Origin: Eledone cirrhosa
Lineage: Eukaryota
Reading direction: 5' to 3'
Assembly: GCA_964016885.1 (NCBI GenBank)
Contig: OZ024740.1
Coordinates: 260,710,001 to 260,774,000, forward strand
Length of the DNA: 64,000 nt
How positions within the stretch are numbered: position 1 is the first letter of the stretch; the number at the start of each line of letters is the position of its first letter. Shown here piece by piece: positions 1-11,121 of this stretch. A program made the translations under genes and the position numbers. The notes below the pieces were generated by a model. The model ran no database searches and had not been told where the DNA came from. It was given only the letters and a program-made list of their open reading frames with translations.

Positions 1-2068
1 ACATTGAGGTAGGTTCTGTGTTAACACATTGAGGTAGGTTCTGTGTTAACACATTGAGGTAGGTTCTGTGTTAACACATTGAGGTAGGTTCTATGTTAAC
101 ACATTGAGGTAGGTTCTGTATTAACACATTGAGGTAGGTTCTGTGTTAACACATTGAGGTAGGTTCTGTGTTAACACATTGAGGTAGCTTCTGTGTTAAC
201 ACATTGAGGTAGATTCTGTGTTAACACATTGAGGTAGGTTCTGTGTTAACACATTGAGGTAGGTTCTGTGTTAACACATTGAGGTAGGTTCTGTGTTAAC
301 ACATTGAGGTAGGTTCTGTGTTAACACATTGAGGTAGTCTCTGTATATACACATTGAGGTAGGTTCTGTATATACACATTGAGGTAGGTTCTATGTTAAC
401 ACATTGAGGTAGGTTCTGTGTTAACACATTGAGGTAGGTTCTGAGTTAACACGTTGAGGTAGGTTCTGTATTAACACATTGAGGTAGCTTCTGTGTTAAC
501 ACATTGACGTAGGTTCTATGTTAACACATTGAGGTAGGTTCTGTGTTAACACATTGAGGTAGGTTCTGTGTTAACACGTTGAGGTAGGTTCTGTATTAAC
601 ACATTGAGGTAGCTTCTGTGTTAACACATTGACGTAGGTTCTATGTTAACACATTGAGGTAGGTTCTGAGTTAACACGTTGAGGTAGGTTCTGTATTAAC
701 ACATTGAGGTAGGTTCTGTGTTAACACATTGAGGTAGGTTCTGTGTTAACACATTGACGTAGGTTCTGTGTTAACACATTGAGGTAGGTTCTGTGTTAAC
801 ACATTGAGGTAGGTTCTGTGTTAACACATTGAGGTAGGTTCTATGTTAACACATTGAGGTAGGTTCTGTGTTAACACATTGAGGTAGGTTCTGTGTTAAC
901 ACATTGAGGTAGGTTCTATGTTAACACATTGAAGTAGGTTCTATGTTAACACATTGAGGTAGGTTCTGTGTTAACACATTGAGGTAGGTTCTGTGTTAAC
1001 ACATTGAGGTAGGTTCTGTGTTAACACATTGAGGTAGGTTCTGTGTTAACACATTGAGGTAGGTTCTATGTTAACACATTGAGGTAGGTTCTGTGTTAAC
1101 ACATTGAGGTAGGTTCTATGTTAACACATTGAGGTAGGTTCTGTGTTAACACATTGAGGTAGGTTCTGTGTTAACACATTGAGGTAGGTTCTGTGTTAAC
1201 ACATTGGGGTAGGTTCTATGTTAACACATTGAGGTAGGTTCTATGTTAACAAATTGAGGTAGGTTCTGTATTAACACATTGAGGTAGGTTCTGTGCTAAC
1301 ACATTGAGGTAGGTTCTGTGTTAACACATTGAGGTAGGTTCTGTGTTAACACATTGAGGTAGGTTCTGTGTTAACACATTGAGGTAGGTTCTATGTTAAC
1401 ACATTGAGGTAGGTTCTATGTTAACACATTGAGGTAGGTTCTATGTTAACAAATTGAGGTAGGTTCTGTGTTAACACATTGAGGTAGGTTCTGTGTTAAC
1501 ACATTGAGGTAGGTTCTGTGTTAACACATTGGGGTAGGTTCTATGTTAACACATTGAGGTAGGTTCTGTGTTAACACATTGAGGTAGGTTCTGTGTTAAC
1601 ACATTGAGGTAGGTTCTATGTTAACACATTGAGGTAGGTTCTGTGTTAACACATTGAGGTAGGTTCTGTGTTAACACATTGAGGTAGGTTCTGTGTTAAC
1701 ACATTGAGGGAGGTTCTATGTTAACACATTGAGGTAGGTTCTATGTTAACACATTGAGGTAGGTTCTGTGTTAACACATTGAGGTAGGTTCTGTGTTAAC
1801 ACATTGAGGTAGGTTCTATATATACACATTGAGGTAGGTTCTGTGTTAACACATTGAGGTAGGTTCTGTGTTAACAAATTGAGGTAGGTTCTGTGTTAAC
1901 ACATTGAGGTAGGCTCTGTGTTAACAAATTGAGGTAGGTTCTGTGTTAACACATTGAGGTAGGTTCTGTGTTAACAAATTGAGGTAGGTTCTGTGTTAAC
2001 AAATTGAGGTAGGTTCTGTGTTAACACATTGAGGTAGGCTCTGTATATACACACTGAGGTAGGTTCTA
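1..2068. repeat. 25-bp minisatellite (ACATTGAGGTAGGTTCTGTGTTAAC)n, about 82 copies, truncated by the window start
   Basis: Period of 25 read directly (units start at 1, 26, 51...). Copies are highly homogeneous with a few recurrent variants (ctatg, ctgta, aaatt). Confidence 0.98.
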
Positions 2069-2646
2069 TGTATATATATATAATGCACACATTTGGTAGA
2101 TCCTGTAACATAATTCCACCTTCTCCAACCCCTGACAGCATGGAAAACTGATGATAGTGATTCTTCAGGCTTGGTGACATGAAGGGGGTTAGTTCAGATG
2201 ACGATACCCTCTAGTAAAGGACAAAGATGTTATTAACATTCACTCTTTCATTGCCATATTTCTAATGGAAGGCTGCCTATAATTTTCAAGTCATTTTGAA
2301 AATAATCAGGGGTTTTTGAAGGATTTTCCAATATTAAGCTGTTGTTTGGACCATAACTTAATAAAGGTCCTTCCATAACAATATGGTGGGAAGTTTTTTA
2401 ATAAATATAAATATTTTGAAATATAAAGCTTTGTAATTTAGATATTTGTGTGGTTTCACATTGTTTGCTATCAAAAGGGTTAATAGGTTCATTTTTATCC
2501 CAAATCTTTGGCAAAGTTGAAAAATTTGCATTGACTTTTGATTTATATATTTTTTTAAATTTTGGTATTATTGTCATCATCATCATCATCATCATCATCA
2601 TCGTTTTTGTTGTTGTAATGTTATGTTCCTGTATTTGACCCTACAG

Positions 2647-3062
2647 GAAGTGACACCAAATGCCACCGAGAAGACTCCTGATGATGCCACAACAAATGAA
2701 GTGGCAGAAGAAGCCAAAGAAAGTGAGAAATCAGCAGAAGATTCCCAGAAAGTACTAGAATCTGCCATTACCGAGTCACAGACATCAGAAAATGACAGCG
2801 CTGAGCAGTCTTCTTTTACAGAAACTATTATGAATGAAGTGGCTGCTGTGACAGCTCACGTTAATGAATCAGTGAAGAGTGAGGCTGAGAGCAAAGAAGA
2901 GCCGCTGACTAGTGTTACCTCAGAACCCGTCACAGAATCTAAACCTGCAGCAGCAGTGTCTGAGGTGGTCGTAGAATCTGTGACAGAAACCGTTCCAGTT
3001 CCTGAACCAGCTCCAGAACCAGTCCAAGAACCAATCCCAGAACCAGTTGCAGAAAAAACCCT

Positions 3063-3100
<38 letters not shown>

Positions 3101-3624
3101 TCCCAGAACCAGAACCAGAACCAGAACCAGTCCAAGAACTAGTCCCAGAGCCAATCCCAGAACCAGTCCAAGAGCTAGTTCCAGAGCCAGTCCAAGAATC
3201 AGAGCCAATCCCAGAACCAATCCTTGACCTAGAACCAGAATCACTCCCACCTCCTGCTCCAGAAACATTTCCAGATCTAGAAACACTCCCAGAACCAATT
3301 CTGGAAAAGGCCCCGGAACCAGAGACGGCTACTCTCATAGAAATAATTCCAGAAGCAGCCCCTATTCCTGATCCTGAGACAGAAGTTGTCCAAGAGACTG
3401 AAAAAGAGCAGAGAAGTGCCATAGATTCAGAAATAATTGCTGAGACAGAATGCCAGATAGAGTGTTTAACTCCAGAAGTGGGTAGTGCATGTGTAAAGGA
3501 AGAAGAAAAGGAAGAGGAGGAGAAAACAGAGACACATGAGTCAACTATAGAGGAAGCAGTTACCAAGTCAACTGAAGAGAAAGAGGTAGAAGAAGTGACT
3601 GGAACTGAAGAGACATCACCTGAG
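2647..3624 (+). CDS. Internal coding exon (978 nt, phase 0/0) of an acidic Glu/Pro-rich protein with a C-terminal CBM48
   Basis: Acceptor ctacag|GAA at 2646/2647 and donor GAG|gtaagt at 3624/3625. Open frame EVTPNATEK...(PEPE)n...EETSPE lies within ORF 2623..3657 and splices in frame to the exon at 5364. Confidence 0.9.
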
Positions 3625-3648
3625 GTAAGTCATAAGGTAGTTATTAAT

Positions 3649-4287
3649 CTACCTTAAGACATTAAGTGGTCATATTCTACCTTAAGACATTAAGTGGTCA
3701 TATTCTACCTTAAGACATTAAAGTGGCCATATTCTACCTTAAGACATTAAAGTGGTCATATTCTACCTTAAGACATTAAGTGGTCATATTCTACCTTAAG
3801 ACATTAAGTGGTCATATTCTACCTTAAGACATTAAGTGGTCATATTCTACCTTATGTTATAAAGTGGCCATATTCTACCTTAAGACATTAAGTGGTCATA
3901 TTCTACCTTAAGACATTAAGTGGTCATATTCTACCTTAAGACATTAAGTGGTCATATTCTACCTTATGTTATAAAGTGGCCATATTCTACCTTAAGACAT
4001 TAAAGTGGTCATATTCTACCTTAAGACATTAAGTGGTCATATTCTACCTTAAGACATTAAGTGGTCATATTCTACCTTAAGACATTAAGTGGTCATATTC
4101 TACCTTAAGACATTAAGTAGTCATATTCTACCTTAAGACATTAAGTGGTCATATTCTACCTTAAGACATTAAATGGTCATATTCTACCTTAAGACATTAA
4201 GTGGTCATATTCTACCTTAAGACATTAAGTGGTCATATTCTACCTTAAGACATTAAGTGGTCATATTCTACCTTATGCTATAAAGTG
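3649..4287. repeat. 28-bp intronic minisatellite (ATTCTACCTTAAGACATTAAGTGGTCAT)n, about 22-23 copies
   Basis: Period of 28 read directly. Starts about 25 nt after the splice donor. A variant unit ctaccttatg(t/c)tataaagtg recurs three times. Confidence 0.97.
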
Positions 4288-4535
4288 TTTTTACCCAGTA
4301 TATTTCAACATGATATTTCAGGGTTAACACATCGATCATTCATTTTTGTTTTGAACCGTCTTCATTTTAGATTTGAAAAGATGTTAATAACCCTGAAATA
4401 TCATGCTAAAATACACTGTATTTTGTTTTATTTGTCATCCTTTGTCCTTTATATATTTCTACTACATTGTGCCAGCTTTTTCAAACTTATCAGTCGTTTA
4501 TTACATATCTTACGATGCCTTGTTTTAACTATATA

Positions 4536-4571
<36 letters not shown>

Positions 4572-4587
4572 TGTATGTATGTATGTG

Positions 4588-4641
<54 letters not shown>

Positions 4642-4642
<1 letters not shown>

Positions 4643-4868
4643 GGTAAAGACCCCCGTCGGTCACGAATGACCATGGGATTTGCACCTAGAAAGTTTTCCT
4701 CCGAGGCACAAGTCCAGGCAAGGTTGTTTGTGGAAGACCGATAGTCACCCATGCATACCAGTCTCCCCTCTCCACGCCACCGATGAGGTCCAATGGCCGA
4801 TACAGCTTGGCACCAGTGACGTCGCAACTCATTTCTACAGCTGAGTAAACTGGAGCAACATGAAATAT
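4642..4868 (-). mobile_element. 5'-truncated tRNA-derived SINE (family A body and tail)
   Basis: Reverse complement contains tatttcatgttgctccagtttactcagctgtagaaatgag, shared with copies at ~8890, 14100 and 41010. Flanked by (TA)n. Confidence 0.8.
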
Positions 4869-4989
4869 ATATATGTGTGTGTGTGTGTGTATGTATATAT
4901 ATATATATGTATGTATATATATATGTATGTATATATATATATATGTGGGTGTGTGTGTATTATATATATATAATAGTATAGTTAATATG

Positions 4990-5345
4990 AAGCATTGTGT
5001 GATATGAAGTAAAAAAAAAAAAATTTTTTTTTAAAGCTGGTACAATGTGGTAGAAAGATATGAAGTCAAATGAAAGGATAATTAAAATAAAACAACAAAG
5101 TAATGTTTTACCCAGTGTATTTTAGCATGATATTTCAGGGTTATTACCCTCTTTTCAGACTTGGACTATTTTAGCCTTGCATCTGAAAAGAGGGAACTAG
5201 TCATGAAATATCATGCTAAAATACACTGAGTAAAACATCACTTTGTTTTGTTTTGTTTCAATTTTCATCATTTCCTTTCGTATATTTCTACTACATTGTA
5301 TGGGCTTAAAAAAAAAATTACCAGTCTTTTACTTTATATTTAATG
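4990..5345. repeat. Fold-back (inverted repeat) element of about 350 bp with hammerhead-like cores at its centre; a partial second copy lies at 4286-4520
   Basis: Left arm tgttttacccagtgtattttagcatgatatttca...cctcttttcaga pairs with tctgaaaagagg...tgaaatatcatgctaaaatacactgagtaaaaca. Outer arms tacaatgtggtagaaa / tttctactacattgta. Confidence 0.85.
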
Positions 5346-5363
5346 TTTTTATTGTCATTGTAG

Positions 5364-5473
5364 ATCACCAATGAAAAGTGTTCAGTTGAGATACGCTGGG
5401 ATAAAGAAGCAGAGAATGTCTTGGTGTCAGGATCTTTCAACAACTTTGAAGAACATTTAACTTTAAACAAGAT
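5364..5473 (+). CDS. Exon encoding the N-terminal half of the CBM48 (AMPK-beta-type glycogen-binding) domain
   Basis: Acceptor ttgtag|ATC and donor AT|gtatgt. Translation ITNEKCSVEIRWDKEAENVLVSGSFNNFEEHLTLNK matches the AMPK-beta pattern VFRW..GG.EVY.SGSFNNW. Confidence 0.92.
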
Positions 5474-5641
5474 GTATGTTGTTTTCTATTGTTGATAGTA
5501 AATTCTTAGAAAACCTCAAATGTAGAAAATAATCGAGAACACAGTCAATTGCTATATTAGTTTAGATGATTGGGTAAAATACCCCTATAGAAGGGGAACA
5601 TTGGCCAGCAGCCATATATATAAAACTTATCAATAAAACAT

Positions 5642-5879
5642 TTAACCCTTTCATTGGCACATTTCTAAAGCCTATAATTTTCAAATCATTTTTTAAATAA
5701 TTTAGAATTTGGAGGGATTTAGGAACACAATTTTGGTGATGGAACATAACTTAACAAAAATTCTTACATAAAATTATGATGGAAGGTTTTTAGATAAATA
5801 TAAACAATTTAAAACAAATAATCTTATATTATAGAACAAAGGACAGTTTCAGGCAGTTTGGTATCAAAAGGGGTAAAAT
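5642..5879. mobile_element. piggyBac-type MITE (TTAA-CCCTTT...AAAGGG-TTAA-like ends); related copies at ~2270-2483, 37315-37550, ~51055-51220 and 52397-52612
   Basis: ttaaccctttcat at the left end and aaaaggggtaaa at the right end. Internal segment ttcttacataaaattatgatggaagg recurs in the other copies. Confidence 0.65.
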
Positions 5880-5939
5880 GTCATGTTGATCTTTAATGCT
5901 TGGAATTTATATGGTAACAGCTAGTATTTGTAAATGGAG

Positions 5940-6320
5940 GTGAATGTGAATTGGCAGAGTTGTTAGAACATCGGACAGAATGCCTTGTGGTATTCCTTCC
6001 GGCTTTCTGCTCTCTGAGTTGAAATCTCACTGAAGTCAACTTTGCCTTTCATCTATTCAAAGTCAATAAAAAAGTACCAGTCTAGTACTTGGGTTGATTC
6101 TTCCTCTTTATCTCTTTCTCCCTTCCTTTCTCTAAGTCTCTCTATCCTTCACTGGAAGAAATCTGCTGTATTCAGTCCTGGAGAGGGATGGGTTCCACCA
6201 AGTCTTTTTAAATGCCCAAGAAATGCTGTATGTCAATACGGCACCGCTACGACTTCCTCAGGGGTTACAGGTCCATACATACAATGTTTGTAAAAAGAGG
6301 GATCCACAACCTCCAAGATC
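5940..6320 (+). mobile_element. tRNA-derived SINE (family B) with an extended tail; similar element inverted at ~46100-46410
   Basis: ggcagagttgttaga...tctgagttgaaatc...gtcaactttgcctttcatc...aagtaccagt. The tail cctggagagggatgggttccacca...aaatgcccaagaaa is shared with the reverse complement of 46150-46260. Confidence 0.75.
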
Positions 6321-6354
6321 TCTTCTCTAATTCTCTGTTTCAATTCTATTGTAG

Positions 6355-6448
6355 GGATGAATTCTTCAAGCTTAACCTTGACCTCGATGTTGGTGAATAT
6401 TTATATCGCTTCCTTGTTGATGATGAATGGAAGGTTAACATGGACAAG
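6355..6448 (+). CDS. Exon encoding the central part of the CBM48 domain
   Basis: Acceptor ttgtag|G (phase 2, completes ATG) and donor AAG|gtatgt. MDEFFKLNLDLDVGEYLYRFLVDDEWKVNMDK matches the AMPK-beta pattern LDLPEGEHQYKFFVDGQW. Confidence 0.93.
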
Positions 6449-6664
6449 GTATGTTCTACTCCTCCAATACATACACACGCACTCATACCCTCACACACAT
6501 ATAATTAAGGATGGCATTCCGAAGGTGATCAGGAAATAACCACAGTTAAATAAGGTACTCAATACATTAGTAGAGAATAAGCATATTTATTATTTAGAAA
6601 TGACTTATACAGGACTAGAACTATTTCATAAATGAAACAGTTCTAGTCCTATAGATGTCATTTC

Positions 6665-7785
6665 TTATCTGGTGGGCACTTAGGAAACTAGGTGTAGACA
6701 AATGACTTGGGAGGGCTGTGCAAGCCATGTATATAGAAGCAACCAGCAGAGTGAGAGTTAGCAATGAGTACAGTAATGAATTTGAAGTGCAGGTGGGAGT
6801 CCATCAGGGACCAGTCCTCAGTCCACTCCTATTTATCATTATACATTAGGCCATCACTGAAGAGTTTAAAACTAGAGCTCCATGGGAGCTCCTATATGCT
6901 GATGACCTACTCCTCATAGCTGAGTCAGTAGGAAAGTTAAAAGCAAAATTTCAAGCATGGAAGAAGAACCTGGAGCTGAAAGGCTGAAAAGTAAATTTAG
7001 CAAAGATCTTAATAAGTAGGAAACAAACAGGAAAGTGGCCGTGTTCAATATGTCAAATAGGTGTGGGCAGAAATTCCATAAGGTGAACACAACATAAATA
7101 GTGGCTGCATAAGAGATGTAGTGAGATTGTGGATAGGCTAATGGAAAAGATGAACTTTATATGTGGCAGATGCACAGAGGAAGTAAGTGCAATGAACACA
7201 TGAAATAGATTCCTTCTGCTGCTAGGGGAGCTCTCTAGAAGTTGTCGACAGCTTTTGCTACCTAGGTGATCAAATTAGTAGTGAGGGGAAAATGCACTGA
7301 AAGTGTGATAGCTAGGATAAGAATAGGCTGGAAGAAGTTTAGAAATCTATTGCCACTGCTAACAACAAAATGCTTTTCTCTCAGAGTGAAGAGTAGACTG
7401 TATGATGCCTATGTGCATACTGCAATGCTACATGGCAGTGAAACATGGGCCTTGACTGTAGCAGACCTGCAGAGGCTAGAAAGAAATGAGTTGAGTATGC
7501 TCCAATGGATGTGTAATGTTAGTGTGCAGGAACGACATATCATAAGGAAACTAAGGGAAAAACTTGGCATAAGAGGAATTGGATTTAGTGTGCCAGAGAG
7601 AAGACTGCATTGGTATGGACATGTGATGTGCATGGAAGATAACAGCTGCATAAAGAAATGCAGAGAAATCCCAGTGGCTGGGATCTGTGGAAGAAGCAGA
7701 CCAGGATGTCATAAGATGATGTTGTGAAGACCAGCCTTAAAAAACTAAACCTCACAATGGAAATGACTAAAAATCGTAAAGAAAT
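6665..7785 (+). mobile_element. Decayed, 5'-truncated RTE-clade LINE (RT C-terminal half) in the last intron
   Basis: VGVHQGPVLSPLLF, ELLYADDL, Cys-rich insert, FCYLG, MLHGSETW and RRLHWYGHV motifs, with stops and frameshifts. Confidence 0.92.
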
Positions 7786-8644
7786 CTATTGTGTTCAAAC
7801 CACAGCGCCCTTACGACTCCATCAGGAGTTACCGGTCCTTATACACATAAATGCGAAAGTGGTCGACTGATGAGCTGCAACTATCTGTATTCGTTCTTTT
7901 TCCTGTCTTCACCCTTATGTTTTAAAGGGAAACAACTTTCATCTCAAGAAAAATGTATTTCACTCGATGATAATTCTAAATATATATGCACCTGATCAAG
8001 GGGAGATAACAACAACCTACTCCTTATGTACATATGTATTTGACCAGCAATGGAACAGTGAAAAATGTATAGGATAACCAGTAAATTGATATCAGGAAGA
8101 TGGGAATTAGATGGAACCAATAGCGGAGTAAGGGAGAGTATTAACTGAGCTGTAGCCAGGAGACCCACTATATTTAAACGGCTCCAAACTAATTATTTCA
8201 CTACCATAAATAATACGCGAGGACCCTGATTAAATTTTATGTGAAGAACACCATGAAAGCTTAATCTACCCCTGGGTGAGACGGCAGTCTATGATATGTG
8301 GTCAGGATTGCCAATTCTTTACTTTAGTCCTGTGTTGGGTTCCACCCCACCCCGCTCTCTCTCCTTCCTTGGCCATCCCTTGACTCTAATAGAAGAGCAG
8401 TAATATGAAATAACAACTAGTACGGACCATAATCACCTGTCCAACTAATGTCAGCATGGAAAACAGTTATGATAATGATGCTAATTGTTTTATGTAAAGA
8501 TAAAACATCTAGAATCCTTGTGTGTGTAGCAGCAGCACTATCTTGCATATTTAGACTATATTTTCATGTAGGATAAATTGTATCAGTTCACCAACTAAAA
8601 GTAAACTTAACTTTGGGTGTGTTGCTTTCTCAATGTTATAGGGG

Positions 8645-9140
8645 TGGAGCGTGAAGGAGCACATCCTAGTGGTTAGAGTATTTGACTCACAATCATAAGG
8701 TCATGAGTTTGAATCATGATAGCATGTTGTATTTTTTGAGAAAAATACTTGATTCCACATTGCTCTAATATAACAATAGTAGAATAAAGAGTGAAGATGT
8801 GTGGCTTAATGGTTGGGCATTGAGCTCACACACATATGGGTGTGAGTTTGAATCCTGGACCAGGTAGTGCATTGTGTTCTTCAGCAAAACACTTTATTTC
8901 ATGTAGCTCCAGTCCACTAAGTTGTTTAAATGAGTTGTGACATCACTGCTCCCAAGCTGTATCAGCCATTGCCTTTCCATTGGACAACATTGGTGACATG
9001 GGGGTGGGGGACTGGCATACATGGGCGACTGTTGGTCTTCTATAAAGGCACCTTTGCACAGGCTTGTGCCTTCAAGGGGAACTTTCCTGGTGCAAAACCA
9101 TGGTCATTCGTGACTGATGGTGGCCTACGAAGAGCAGAGT
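8645..9140 (+). mobile_element. tRNA-derived SINE family A with two tandem heads
   Basis: A-box-like (tggcttaatgg, ctagtggttagag) and B-box-like (gagtttgaatc) motifs occur twice, followed by actttatttcatgtagctccagt and the family tail. Confidence 0.75.
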
Positions 9141-9279
9141 AAAGGCTTTAGTTTTTAATGTGATACAGTCATAGCGCTGTTTTGTACTTTTCAAGAATGT
9201 CATACTAATGTGGTTTCATGTGGGTTAAACCTAATGAGAATTTTTATATAATGCTGTATCTTTTTTCCATATTTTTCAG

Positions 9280-9339
9280 CCAATGAAGCCCAACTCTGAA
9301 GGAACAGAGTTTAATGTGTTAACTGTCCAGAAATCTTGA
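9280..9339 (+). CDS. Terminal coding exon of the CBM48 protein (PMKPNSEGTEFNVLTVQKS*)
   Basis: Polypyrimidine tract and tttcag|CCA acceptor, phase 0. Matches the AMPK-beta pattern P...QLGTVNNII.V. TGA at 9337-9339; AATAAA at ~9527. Confidence 0.9.
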   Translation, partial: PMKPNSEGTEFNVLTVQKS

Positions 9340-9454
9340 GTTCAAAAATGGCAAAGAGATCATGATGAAGTCACCTTTAACACTTTCCTTCCCTACAGCC
9401 ATTCAGTACAGAATCATTTGGCTATCATTAATGGCCACAACATCACACTGAAAC

Positions 9455-9499
<45 letters not shown>

Positions 9500-9660
9500 G
9501 AGAACCAACAATACAATTGAGATAAGAATAAAGGGACTGTATCATTAAAGATTATGAAATGGAAATATAAGTTTTGGTTTGTAAACAGACTGTGTGTGTT
9601 CTAGGGCCATATATGTAGTGAGATTAAGCAACTTTTAATATATATGTATACATATATATA

Positions 9661-9710
<50 letters not shown>

Positions 9711-10034
9711 CATATGCATATGTGTATATACATGTGTGTGAGTGTGTGTGTATATATATATATATATGTATATATATACATATATATATATGTATATATA
9801 TTCATATATATATACATATATATATATATAGATATAGATATATACATATACATGCATGTGTGTGTGTCTCACTAATCACTGAGAGATGTTCATTCTAATC
9901 CTTACAATGCCTGATGAACAGAAACTAGTGACTCACATAGACTCAACTTTGGATAATTATTATTCCACTCTACCTAAGAGCATATATATATATGTATATA
10001 TACACATACATACACATATTTATATACATATATA

Positions 10035-10216
10035 GAGAATTGAAATAGACATAGAAGCTATATTGTAACATTGACTATATAATATAGTCTAATACTGGTG
10101 CGTATAAACACTCTGAATCAAATCTTTTTTGCATTCAGTGGGTTTATATGCCCCAGTATTAGACTATATTATATAGTCAATGTTACAATATCATTTCTAT
10201 TTCTATTTCAGTTCTA
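10035..10216. repeat. Inverted repeat of about 180 bp downstream of the CBM48 stop codon
   Basis: atattgtaacattgactatataatatagtctaatactgg pairs perfectly with ccagtattagactatattatatagtcaatgttacaatat; outer arms pair imperfectly. Confidence 0.9.
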
Positions 10217-11121
10217 AACTTCGCTTGCCGCGTTCCAAACATAATTCATATATATATATATATGCATACATACATACATGCACACATATATACATATAAG
10301 TATTTATATGTTTATATGTAAACATGTATTTATAAACAATCATGCCTGCACTCATATATATGTATGGGTATATATGTAATAGTTTTTTTTACCTTTTTCA
10401 ATTTAAATATATTCTGTGCTTTATATTATAATTTCTAAAATATTAATTTTTTTTAAATTGAAGTGAAAATTCGGCTTCATAGCTCCTTTTTTTTTCTTTT
10501 TTTATTTGGTTGACTAAAAAAAAATTTTTTACTTTATTTTAAATAAAAAAAATCTTTAAAATTAAGTAAATGAGAATGTCAAACTGACTTTTTGGAAGAA
10601 ATAATTATCTAAACAATTTTTATATAAAATTTTATTTTAAGCCATTGATCAACAATACGTGAGATATAATTTGTAATATGAGAGACCCTGAAATCATGAG
10701 CGCCAAAAAAATTATATATAATTAAAGTGAGTCTAATGGTTGGTGATAAATGAAGGAGAATTAATATTATTATTATTATTATTTGGATAATTTGAATAAA
10801 TCTAATGAAAATGATAAAAATTTGGGCTTGTAATTTCTTAATGTTTGTTTAATACTTCTTTATCATCATTGTGGTCGTCATCCTCAACATCATCATTGTG
10901 GTCGTCATCCTCAACATCATCATCATCATCATCATCACCATCTACATCATCATCATCATCACCATCTACATCATCAATTGTTACATTCATTTTTCCTGCT
11001 GGTATGGGCTGAGCAGGTTGTCACAGTCAGTCTTAGAGGGACCTCATCTTGCACATACATTCCATATTTGGCTTGGTTTCTGAGGCTTGATGTCCTTTCC
11101 CTTTCTAATGTTGCACCAATG

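Noticed and set aside
1-2068. CRISPR-like array
   Set aside because: Head-to-tail 25-bp units with no unique spacers, no cas genes and a eukaryotic context.
2856-3566. 236-aa Gly/Ser-rich minus-strand ORF and other overlapping ORFs
   Set aside because: Antisense shadows of the (PE)n exon; splice signals support only the + frame.
5364-9339. Calling the gene AMPK beta subunit (PRKAB)
   Set aside because: The stop codon follows the CBM directly, so the C-terminal alpha/gamma-binding domain is absent.
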